Under the pieces are notes generated by a model. The model worked only from the letters and a program-made list of their open reading frames with translations, was not told the origin of the DNA and did not search any database. Made by a program: the position numbers and the translations under genes. Below are positions 12,641 through 26,230 of a stretch of 64,000 bases of DNA, in pieces (the first letter of the stretch is position 1; each line of letters starts with the position of its first letter). The stretch is from Camelus dromedarius (Eukaryota), in contig NC_087436.1 in assembly GCF_036321535.1 (NCBI RefSeq), positions 58,654,001 to 58,718,000 of the forward strand, read 5' to 3'.

Positions 12641-15600
12641 GAACATTCTCCCAGTGAGCACACATACTGTATAGTTGCAGTAATGCCTATATTACTCTGT
12701 AGTTTCAGGAATATAGCTTCTAGAATTACAATGATTTTGACAATGAAGCAAACACCTTTTTAAGATTACTTGGGAAAAATCAGGTACTCAGAGCAATGAT
12801 ATAAGATTATTCATTTTAAATACATTACTTTGAATTATTTGGGGATGAAAAAAAAGTTTAAGAATTGTGGTTTTAATATAATTAATAATTTGATCTTTTC
12901 CATGAGTAAAAATATCTGTTAATAAGGAACTTGACTACAGAGCAATTTATAAATTCCTAACGCACACAGGGATGACTTTTTGTACTTAGTTTCTTGCGTT
13001 AACCTCTGGGCTCCCCTCTATTCACTCAAGGAAACTTTCAGTGGTTCAACCCAGCCTCAGATTCACTTTGATAACCATTTGGTGAACAGCAGTAGTATTA
13101 AAAGCTGAAGTACCTGGAGCAGGAATCCAAAACTATAAAGAACACCGAAAAAACCCTGGCTATTTCTTTTACACACTACATTTTGAGTGATGCCAAACGT
13201 ATGCTAATATTCCTGGCGTGCTTCAAATTGGTAAATTCTAACAGCTCTTCTAGTTCCTGCTGGTTAGAACATAAGACCACTCATTCCTCCATTCAGCCTT
13301 AAATGTACACCATCATTGTGGTATACAGTAGCGCTGTATATAACGTCTTAGTATTAAAGCTAGACAAAACAAAAACAAAATCTAAAACAAAAAACAAATC
13401 CAGTTCTATCAATCTGATATTGAAATTATCTAGGATACCTGATGAACAAGTATATTATGCATAATTCTTGTGCATACCAAAAATATCTCCATTTTAAGGG
13501 ATCCTTCATATGTGTAATTTAATGTTTAATTAAATAAAGGTTTAATGTTCATTTATTTCCCTTTGTATTTTGTTTTTTTTAAATTCACTCTAAACCTAAG
13601 TATTAAAAATAGCTATACAAAACATACTGAATCTCTTCTCCAAATTCCTCTAATATAAAAATTTGTCTTCTTTTTAGTTCATAGAAGGGTAGAGCTTAAA
13701 TGAGCATTAGTCTAAATCTTGTTTTAGGGTTGATAAAAATGAGGACTAAAGAAAATAAATAACTTTCCAATATTTCCAATACTGTTATTGATCAAATGCG
13801 TACTTAGCCCCAAACCCTCTAAATTCTAATCCAGAACATTTTTTACTATGTCTTAACATCCCCTGTATGTTTTTCACATTCATCTGAAATCTGTATCCAC
13901 ACCCAAATGTTAGAATTCACCAATTTAAATGAGCTAAATCCACAGATGTCCTCTTAATAACCAATTCCAGAATGACTTTAGTTATTTTTCCCATTATCCT
14001 TTAGACATCCATCTCATCACTTACTTTTACTCTGAATTTTCAATAGTACATTATTCCAACTAGTTTATTAATGAATATTGGCACAGGGCAAGGCCTAACA
14101 TAATATGATAAACTATTCATTCATTTAACCTAGTATTCCATTCTTTAATTATGTTATTTTGCCAATATTAAAACCAATTTATCAGGTTAAAGTTGACCTA
14201 AGTTTCATCCTCCGTTAGTCTTATAATAGGATATGCTAAAAGGAAGATTTTGCCTTTTAAACAAATTAAATAAAAATGAAAATTACTATATGATAATAGA
14301 CAGTGGTTTTATATTACTACACAAACTGGATGGTGCTGCTGCTGCTGATGGTAGTGGTGGTGGTAGTAATATGTGTGTAGGGAAGATTGCTATAATACAT
14401 AACACTTAATTATCTTCCAGGCCAAAATTATCTGAAAACATATATTATTATTCACAAAACTCAGTGGTGACATTTTTTAAAATATATCTGTATTTGTGCC
14501 CTAGTATGGTTTTTTCATAGGTCTCTGTATGTGTGTTTCATGTTAGAAAAATCAATTAGTTCAGGACTCCAAATGTTCCACAGGTAAGCAGTCACTAATG
14601 CCTATTTACAACAGCACTATTAAGCATACCTACATTCTATCCGGTGTCTCAGATTTTTCCACAGATAGTATTAGTTTAAGAGTATATTTCTATTGGATTT
14701 TAAATTTGTGAAAAATTTACATCACTAGAGCTAGCAATCTAATCTATCTAGAGAATAGAGAGTGATGATATGTTCTAAAATTAAATTCTTACAAGAAATA
14801 AGAGTCAGAGATAATATTTCCTCTTCTGGTTTGAAAATAAAAACCACCTGTATCTTACAGAATCACAGACCTCACTAAATGGCATTTTTTTCTGGGAATT
14901 TAAAAAAAATATTTCATGTGATTTTCAAGTTAGACTACAAAGAAACAGCTCAGAATGCAGTGACACCTAATGGCAAAGCTATCTTTATAGACTACAAATG
15001 TATTTTCTAATAAACATTATATTTGTAGTCAAATTAAATACTTTACTTGCCAATATGCTATTCTCTGAAATATCATGAAGATCTAATGGCAGTGCCAAAT
15101 ACTTTACTTTTTAATACTAAAGTAATATATGCAAGTGAAGGAAAAAAACAACTTTCTGGATTAAAAGTTCAGTTTTAAAATTACAATATCCCTTTGAGAT
15201 AAGATTACAGTATAAATTTAGCCTTAGAGATTAGAATTAAATATAATACATCTTCCATTACTCCTAAAAACCTCAACTGGTTTCTACTGTTGGATAAGTT
15301 GAAAGTTAATTACTTTGATCTTTATTCATATTTGAACTAAAATTTATAGGAGATATTTATGGGATGTACAATTCACTTGGAATAGAAAGCAAAGGTCCTT
15401 AGTGTAATGGCTTATTAGTCATGTCATAGTTGATACTGTTGATTAATAACATTGTCTAATTTAATGTACATCTGAATTACACTTCAAATAACTGTATTAT
15501 TAATACAGAAAAATGCAATAGTAAACTATATCCTTATTTTAAATTCAGAAACTACTTCTAAATAATTTCTAGAAATTTACACTGAATATTATCCATAAGT

Positions 15601-18430
15601 TAGGGAACAAACAATTACTATAAATAATAAAAGGATAACTTAAATCATTGAGATATCTTTAACAGCACAGGGTCCCTGATGACTCCTGAGGGCTATCATT
15701 AACCAATGTAAATCATGTAAAAAGTTAAAAAAGAAACAATTTCATAGAAGATACAGCACATCTTCTGGAAATGCTTTTACATTCTGTATTTGATAAAACA
15801 GTCCTCAGTTCATCAGTAATGAAAAGGAATGCTTTAAATCTACCGTCTATTATTGTTTATAATGTGATGACACATTTTATTCACCTACCAATTTTGTACT
15901 TTAATTTGAACCTTCTCATGATGAAAATATTCTGTGAATTGTCTTAGGCTTTTCAAACATGTCATAGTTGATGACTGTGATGTCAGAGGACAAAGTATCA
16001 TTTGCTTATGAAAAAACATGAGTAAGTGCTTCATTTCTATTCCCTGTTGGTATAAGACATTTTACTGTGACTGATAACAACAAAAACATGCTAGTGATTT
16101 CTGCAATATATGGATAAGTACACTGTTTGAGTGTTCCCTTGTAGAGATAAATAACTGAGGATAACTCATTTCAATCAGCTCTGTGGGCAAAGGAACCAGA
16201 TAAAGAAATGAGCATACATTAAACTGTTAAAAACGTGAGATCCTCCATATTAGATATGAAGCAAAACACAAACTGTGCAGTTGACTGGAAATGCCACCTA
16301 ATCCCTGCTTAATTAAAGCAGTGCTCTAAACTCCTGTTGTGTTGTGTTTAGGGAGTAAAAAGTGTGGGACGACTGATGTATGAAGAAAATAGCAGTCAGC
16401 GTGGCTAATCTCAAAGACTTTGGAGCTTTCTAGCTACATAAATCAGAGCGACTTTTGAATAGCCTCATAAAACACGATATCATTGCCATTCCATTCACGA
16501 CTTTTTGGTTCTTCCTACAGCATGCAGATCATTAGGAAACTTCTAAGCAATCAAGTAATGCGGGTCTGATGAAATTACTCAATCAATGCACAGGCTCAGA
16601 GTAGAAGCATACTTCAAAACTGCATAGTTTCTATACGTCAAAGACCTTTCTTTGAAGGGGGAGCAAAGGAGATCACAACTGAGGTGATTCATTTCTAAAT
16701 ACGGTGTGTGTATTGTGTGTGTATGTGTATTAAACAAGAATATATAATTATTAAATATCTTTAAAATATGATTTATCAGAAATTCAAAGTGATTACAGTA
16801 TTAGTGCATTTTTGACTGAAATACATTTCCATTTCAATCATTAGTTTAACCATTGTATCTCATCACTGTAGTGAACTAATGCATTCAAAAAACATATTAG
16901 TTTAAAATATGTAATTGACTTTACTAAACTACCTGCATGAAATAAAAACAAAGACAAAGAAAAGGATGGAGAGAGTTTTCAAACATATAATTTGGTTCAA
17001 TACCAAAAAGATTCACTATCTAAAGGACCTATTAGTGTCTTTTTATCTTTCCAACTCACCTGAACTACATATTACAGCTACTTTCTACTTGAACACATCA
17101 CATGAGGCTGTGAAAACCTTTCATCTCTGTATATCTCCTTATATTTATAGAGCTGGAATACTCACTTTCCCTCCAGTTTCACCACTTTCATCCCTTTAGT
17201 CCTGAAATAATACATTTGCCTTAAGAATATTTCTCACATTAAATACTTGAATGAAGGTAATCACCTCCTAAAGATAATTAATTCTCTTTACCTATTCAAC
17301 CAAGTAAGTAAACTGATCTAATGAATGTTAACTGGTACTTTAAAATTTTAACATGGCCATTCAGCTTTTAAGTTTTATTTTGGTTGGGATGGGGTTGGAA
17401 GCTAAAGGGGCTTTTAACCTCTGAAGTGCACTCAAATTAGACTTGGCCATTCTTTTTTTTTTTTTTTTAATCTAGGATGTAACATTTTTTAGTATATTAT
17501 AAAAGATATGAAGCTTTTAAAACAACCTTCAATTTGCTAGCTTCATGGCAATATTAATCTATAAAAGAAGCCAGTGCTCTTGTGTAATGTGCTAACTGCT
17601 TCGAAGAAACTATTTCTTTTAGTAGTATATACAGTTAATGCATACAACCAGCTTTCTAAAGAAATCTGTAATTTGTATACAGTAACTTTATTTTTGTTCT
17701 GATTATAAATAAGTAAGCCATGTCACACTGACAGACAACAGAATGCAAAGGAAAAAATGTAACAGTTGTGTTCTATTTTGAAACAAATGCCCAGACAGCA
17801 TTGCAAAATAGTATTCATCTGGTAGGGGACAGCAAGAGCTGTAGGTGTTTGCAAATAACGTATTTATCGTGCAGACCACAGAATAAGCAATAAAAGAAGC
17901 ATTTATTCGCAAGCCTCCCTCCTGAGCGACGAGGAGGATAAGTCAGAAACCCCTAATCATAACGTGAATGTAAAAGGACGATAACATATTCGCATTTCCA
18001 TTCCAGTCATTTACAACTGGAGATAAATGTACATCATTTCTTTAAGAGGACACTTTCTTTCTGAACTCTACCAGAACATTACTGAACCCCTCAATGAGAC
18101 CATAATTTCTCCCTGAAAAGTTCTGAACCCACAGGCACTGTTAGCCCCCAGGCAAAACGTGATCTAGCAGTCAAGTTACCTAGTGCTTAATTTACTTAAT
18201 GCATAAATGTAAGGTTTTCTGAATCCTGACCTCATTACCACTTACACACAAATATATCAGGTTCTATTGATATAAATGATAGAGAATGGCAGACATGTTT
18301 ACAAAGACAGCCTCTGAGACCAAAGAGGGAGCCCCCTGGAGCTAAGGGGGCTGCTGTGGGCACCTACACTAGACAGAAGCCCCTCGCTTGGGTAGGCACA
18401 ACCTCCACCTGAAGCAGGTTCCTCAGGAAA

Positions 18431-18431
18431 A

Positions 18432-18478
<47 letters not shown>
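18431..18478. repeat. (AG)n microsatellite, one interruption; (CT)n on the GRID2 sense strand
   Basis: agagagagagagacagagag... at the intronic edge of the CpG island. Confidence 0.95.
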
Positions 18479-18480
<2 letters not shown>

Positions 18481-19541
18481 TTGCGCGGGGGAGGAGCACG
18501 GGGATAGAAAGGGGAGATGCTGCGACCCATCTGTCGCCTCAATTTGCAGAACATCAAGCCGTGTCGACAGATAAAAGTCCTGTGCCCAGAAAAATTCCCC
18601 AAGAGGGGCCTCTCTTCAGCCCAGTAAATGAACCTCGCTGGCCGGCGGACGCCAATTTCCGAAAAGGAAATCGTCGCATTAACGCAGAAAAGGCTGCAAG
18701 AGCCGGTCTCCCTTCAGCTCTCACGGATTAGCAAGTGAGAAGAGTTGGAGCCTGAAGCCGCGAGCGCTGTGCATGATAATGACGCGCAGGCCCCCGCCCC
18801 CGCCCCCACCGCCCCCGCCGCGGCCAGTCCCGGCCCGTCTGGTTGCCAATAGGTGGGGCCAAGAGCATCTCCAAGCCGCTCGGCGTCCTTCCCGGAGTCA
18901 GGCCGCTCAAAGCCCGAGCCCCTTTGCTCTCGGCCCTGCACTGCAACTCAAGAGTTGTCGGCGAGGAGAGGCGAGGCAGGCGTCTGCGAGGCAGCCCGCG
19001 AGGACGGCTCGCGCGCATTTGCGCCCGCGTTTCCCAAGCGCCCAGGGGCGAGTCTCGCCGCGGCGCCAGGCCCGGGGAGCGCGTGCGAGGCCGCGAGGTG
19101 CGCGGCTCCCAGTCCTCGGCTACACCGCCGCCAGCCCCTTCCGCCACCGTCGCGGCGACTCTGCGCGAGTACTGCAAAGCCGAGAGGACAGGAAGAGAAG
19201 GAGGCTGGGGGCGCATCCAGCTCCCCGTCACCATCGCACGGCGCTGCGGCGAACGCAGCCCGCTCACGTTGCAAAACCACCTGTTCGATCCGAAGGGAGC
19301 TCTCCCCCACCCCCCGCCACCCCAGTTCTTTTAGCCTCACAGGTGACACCTCTTCAGTTCCCCCAAAGATACATGTATTTTTTCAAATGGAGCCAGTGTA
19401 CATCCGGGAAAGAATATGGAAGGTAGAGTCGATTAAACTTCCTTTCCTTATGCACTTAGAATCCCCCCACACTCCCCGACATACACGCACGCTGAGGTAA
19501 ATTCGAGACCCCCACGCATCCAGCCCACACTCCACGATTCA

Positions 19542-20550
<1,009 letters not shown>

Positions 20551-21739
20551 TCGGGCGCGGTGGCGGGGGAGTTGCGCCGGGCGCGAGCAGCGGGGCCGGG
20601 TGGCGAAGGGAAGCAGCCGCGGGCTGCAGGATGCTTTTGGAGCGGTTCGCCTGGCGGGATGCAGGAAGCGAGCAAGGAGCGAGCCTGGCAGCTTCAGCAC
20701 TAGACCCACGTTGCCTAGAAATGGATCACCTAGGAGAATGAGCGAGCCCGCGAGAGAGCGGTGCTGTCAGGCGGAGAGAGGGGGAAACCAAGAGAGGAAG
20801 AGCTTCTCTCTAATAACCACCTCCTCCCCCTATCTGCAATACAAGGGAGAAACAAAATAGTGTTCTCATTTCCCTTGGAATCTTCAACCGGGACTGAGAA
20901 AAAGGCAGGACTCTAAGAGAAAAGACGTTGAAGCCTTTTTTTTTTTTTAACGAGATTAAGGCAACCTAAAAAAGCCACCCCACTTATTTAACCTTGCTAT
21001 TGCTATCCTCCAACAGGTATTAGACTTTTTCTAGTCTTTGCCTGGAATTAGTCACATTGGTTAAAAACAAATTAGGGACACCTGGTCACCAAGGGAAACG
21101 AGACCTAGAAAGCTTTTAATGAGATTTCAATTATAAAGTTATAAAAAGGAGAGGGTGTTCTAATTACCTTTTATGCGGTGATATTTTTTTTCTGTCTCCA
21201 GTGTATTTTTTAGGCAATCAGGATAAAGAAGATCTTGAAATAAAAAAATATAATAAGTAAAACAGAAATGCATGCTTCAGTGAAATATTTGATCAAAATA
21301 TTACACTGAGTAGCTTGACTACAGACCTGTGTATATAAGGCAGAATGAGGAAGTTGGTTGGTCCCCCATGGAAAGAGCTGATTAAGTGCTGAATGACAGC
21401 CTCCCAGTAACAGAATGAAAGGATTTTCTGCAAGTATGCTCCTTAAAATAAAATCCTGATGATTGTGACTTCCTTTCTTCTAATGGCTAACTTACACCCA
21501 GTGTGGTCTCATTTCAGACTGGAGATTTGTTAACACAACCAAGTGACTAGTGGAGGCCAGGTATGAACGGTCCTAATATTATTTCAATTATAATTGGAAT
21601 CCTTTCAGAATGTTGCTACTTGGCATGTATGGATGTCAAGCTCCTCAACCTTTCAGATTCCTCTGTTACCTCCAAATTTGGCAAATATCTTTTCTTCTTA
21701 CACTCTCACTTGAGCCCTTCTCTCTAGTTGGGTGAATTA

Positions 21740-22110
21740 GACTATTATTTTTCCAAACATAATTGCATATCACTTCTGTGAAATGACTTCTTTCATTCAT
21801 CCTGATCATTCTAGATAAGGTTGTGCTACCATATTTTACTTAGGTTAATTTTTTGGAAGGCATCTATTCATCCTCCCCACTCTCCTCTGCTACTTCAAGG
21901 CTTAATTCAAATCTTGTCTGTGAAATTTCATTCAGTACTTTCATATGGAATCATATGGAATAAATCCATCCTTCTGTGTTCAAATAGCACATTCTGCCTT
22001 TGTATTAGAGTTATATAGGACTACTTCTAAATTAGATCATCGACGGATGCCTTGAGAGTGAAGACCATAACTTATTCACATTTTATTCACTGCATCATTT
22101 TACATGGAGC
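21740..22110 (+). mobile_element. L2 3'-end fragment
   Basis: cttcaaggcttaattcaaatcttg...ccttgagagtgaagaccataacttattcacattttattcactgcatc resembles the L2 3' terminus. Confidence 0.5.
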
Positions 22111-23910
22111 CCCTTGGTTGCCTTGAATTTCATGACTTCCTTCTGAATCTGGCATAAATCAATGCTTTCAAGAAGCCGTCACTGATTAATTCCTCTCAAT
22201 TTTCATCATTCCTTTATTTTTTTCCCTTAGTATATGTTGACTTAACATTGGTTGTATTGATGCTGTTGTGGATATCATTTTACTTTTTAAAGGGTTCTGT
22301 TTCGATTTCATGGATCATATTTGGTTGTTATAGACGATGAAGTCTTTGAAAAAATGGATGTATCTCCCCATAGCTTGTTTCTATTATTCACAAGGGCATT
22401 TTAAAAACTGATGAATCACTATATGCTCAATCAAGAAAAAAATTGTGAAATAACCATTAACATGGAAAGAACAGTCTAATATCCCCAAATCAGAGAACTA
22501 GGAAGAACTTCAGAACATTAGCTGTCCAGTCCTGGCTTAATAAATATCATTGCTGGAGAGAGATAAATATAGACAATGCACACTATATTTCCTCTTGGAA
22601 ATTTGTTCTAGTGTATTATGAACAAAACATTTTCATTATTTTAAAATCCTCCATTCAAATAATTTCTATACCCAATGTGTTCTAATTAATGGTTTTTGTA
22701 TGGAATATGAATTTAAGCAGATTTTTATTTTTTGTGTTAACTATATTTTCTATTTCAGAAAATTGCGTATTATGATATAATATTTAATTCACTTTTTAAT
22801 GTGTAGGTTAGATGTTAAGTTCCAGAGGGAAAAATAGCAAGTTCACTGGCTATACTTTATATAGGCTTTTAATGAAGGCTCTGTTAATCTAATTAAGGCT
22901 ACTTAGAGTTAATTCATACATTATCCTATAGAAATGGCTTGCTATACTAAAATTCAAAACTTTGTGACATTATAGCATATTTGGGGGGAAAAAACAGCTT
23001 TCATTCACTAAAATTTTATAGCCAGTGATTAATTTTTTTGAATAAGTAAACTATGATTTACTAATTTATTTTTTCTAAGTGAAGCCTATCAATTCATTCA
23101 GCCAGTAGTTGTGATGTGAATATCAATAATTTGAAGAAATGGTAGATAATCTTAATAGCTGTAAGATGCAAAGTAGAATTTTTTTAATGGAAAGATTTTG
23201 GGAATAATATTCAAAGACTGGAGTTACTTTGTTTTAGTATAATTATCTATAAATTTATAAGACAGCATATTTCAAAATTAGGAGAAAAGTTAGCTTAAAA
23301 AGAGTATCAGAGGAAAATGGAATATAATGCATTTTGATCATTTTTTCTAATTTGCTATAATTCTATCATCAGTATTATAAATACAGTTAGGTACACAAAT
23401 GATTCTAAGTATATTACAACTTTAACATGAATATGGAAGGAAAACTATAAGAGGGAGATAACTGACAACCTATATGCAGGCAATAACAAATAATAACGGT
23501 AGAATCATAATTGAGAAGTGTAAAAGGAATTTTTGTTTTGTTTCAAAGGCTGAAAATATATCTTGTATACTCAGTAGATCAGAGAAGTTCAGAACTCAAT
23601 GTGAATTTATGGCCTTTTTTATTTAATGCCAGGTTTTCTAGAAAAGAATGGGAAATTAGGCCTCAGAAGTTGTACTGGTAATTGATGAAATATTTGAACT
23701 TAGAAAACACATTTTTTGACTTCTAAATGTGCTTCAAGAAAGTCATTATATCACATATTCCTATACAACTTACTCACATTGGGTATACTATGTCTTTTTT
23801 TTTTTTTTTTTCCAGGTTAACCTTGCACTGACTCACCACTTTCTATTCTGCCGAACTGTTTTACCTCCGATGGCCCTAGTACAAATCTTATCCTTGAGAA
23901 TGCGTAATAT

Positions 23911-23985
23911 CCCTTTCCTTCCTTCTTTTCTTCCTTCTTTCCTTCCTTCCCTTCACTTTAAGCTCTAAATCTCTTCCTTCCTCCC
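23911..23985. repeat. Imperfect (CCTT)n tract
   Basis: ccctttccttccttcttttcttccttctttccttccttccc. Confidence 0.85.
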
Positions 23986-25997
23986 TTTGGAAGTTTTTCG
24001 TAAATCTGTAAGGCTGCCCTGTCAGGACAATGTCATATTTTCTCCTAACTCAATGAGATATAAATTCCAACCAAATTCTGCAAATAGATTGATTGATAAT
24101 TTTTTAATGTGAACACTTCACCAAACTCATCTACTACTAAAGTTAATTCAGGTCAAAACTTTGAATTTCAAAGTTTTTCCATTGTTCTTATATTAGCCAT
24201 GATATTGAACTTTTAGTAGCAAGAATTCAATTGTATATATCAGTGGACCTCTTTTAGTTTAGACCTCTTATCTCCTCTGCCTGTATATTGATGTGGAATT
24301 TAAGTGGGATAGCAATATTAAACATCAAACAATTGGTGGATGGAAGTCAAATGATGACTTGCAATGCAACAGGGGCACTTTGTTGAGGTTGGCCCCCTCA
24401 CTACATTATATCTTGTCCCCACAAGATGGCAGCCATGCTTGATGTAGATTTAGTCGGCTTACTTTTTGAAATGTCTCCATTCATTACTTACTATATTTAG
24501 TACTATTAATTACTGTATTTAAGTAAATTTTATATTTTAAGTGATTTTTTTTAGGTAACTCAATTTTCTAAAGTGTTGTTTCTTCTAAAGCTTTCACATA
24601 GGAATAAGTATTATCATGCTCTTATAATATCTGCTTTATTCACATCTTTGATTTTATTAGTTACTGAGGAGTTAATTACCAATAGAACAATCTTTAATAA
24701 TATGTCACTTAATCCTATGTTAAGTGATAATTAGAACACTGTGATGTATTATTATGTCATTCAAATTTTTGGTGTAAATATTAAAATTTCAAAAATGAGG
24801 CTAATTCAGCAATTTCCTTTTACTAAAGAAAAAATATTTTATATATCTTGAGTTAAGGAATTTCACTTGGCCATGGGATGTAGAAATTGTCTATCAATTA
24901 TATGATTGATCTTTCTGGTGTGGCATATCATTTGAAGCAAAAATCTAACAAATGAATCAAAAACAAAAAGAAATGCATAATGTCAACTCTAATAAATATC
25001 AATTATTATTTGACCCTTAAAAATCAGATTTTATTATCTTCCCATGATTAACCATTTTAATTCTGAAAATAACTGTTTCTGTTGAAACATATTTCTCCAG
25101 GCACAGAAGTATCTCTGGCACAATGTGTGTTTGTTCAATGTGCTGCAGTTTAAAATATATTGTATTTTACAGCAGTTATCAGGGTCAAAAATTTAAATAA
25201 AGAAACAAAAGCTTGGTCAATATTCAGTCATTTATACACGCACATATTGGCTTTAGAGGAGTTTTCAAAGTAGTGATAAAAATCTGTAAACATTTAATTT
25301 TGCTTTTTGGTGCATAGAGTACATAATCAGTATAGATTCACAATAAAATCCTTATTCCTTGTTGGTCCTGCTAATTGGTGGTGAATCTAAATATTTAATT
25401 CTGAATGAATGAATCTACTAATAAGTGAATGAAAGGATTAAATGAATATTTGAAAATATTGTGGAATTTAACTCATGCAACAGAAAGCAAGAACATCTTG
25501 ACTCCTTGCAAAGTAAACAGATTACAGAGGTATCAAAGTGGTCTATTCACAAGAGTATTTCACCTATTTATCAGTCCTTTGTTTACAGTATGGAAAGAGG
25601 TTATCTGTTTGTGTGGAAAAGAGGGAAGGTGTTTTGAAAGGGTTCTTTGGAAGATGATGATGAAAAATTATCTCAGCAACAGAAGCCCAAATATTAATCT
25701 CTGCTCAAATTTAACTTGACTTATTTGCAGTATATTTTATATGACTAAAGAAAATTCAGGGGTATAAAACTAAATTTTATATTAGATATGATAGAATTTA
25801 TCTAAAGTTTGCTAATATAAAATTAGTCATGTTGTCAACACTTGGTTTCATACCTTTTTTACACTGCTGCTTTAAAACATTTTAAAATTTCTTGTAAAGA
25901 TAGAGTTAAACCATAAAGAATTAAACACAACAGCAAAATTGTGAAAATGAAACAATATTAACATTTTTAATGCATATGCAGTTAGAAATATCTGATC

Positions 25998-26230
25998 CAG
26001 TATTTCCTACATTGTGCTGTATGGAATACTTTGTTCTCAAAAAAAAAAAAGTGGGGGGAGATTTAGTGGCCACTTAAGATTGCAAAACGATAAATAGATT
26101 TTTCTTCGTAGAGATCTATAGTGCACGTTATATTAAAAACATGGAGAGGTTTCTAGGTAACAAATTATTAACCTGTATTTAACCCAGACTATTTCAGACT
26201 TACGTAACTGTCAATTCTCCTTTTTATGCA
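25998..26230. mobile_element. Old hAT-Charlie-type MER (MER103/MER113-like) fragment
   Basis: cagtatttcctacattgtgctgtatggaatact... and ...tttaacccagactatttcagacttacgtaac resemble hAT MER termini. Confidence 0.4.

Noticed and set aside
18712..18735. RE1/NRSE-like TTCAGCTCTCACGGATTAGC (and half-site TTCAGCACT at ~20693)
   Set aside because: It needs an insertion and several mismatches against TTCAGCACCACGGACAGCGCC, which is too weak without ChIP data.
18714..19500. Overlapping 130-217 aa ORFs on both strands
   Set aside because: They are Arg/Pro/Ala/Gly-rich, low-complexity translations caused by stop-codon scarcity in a CpG island. No recognisable domain, and they lie in GRID2 intron 1.
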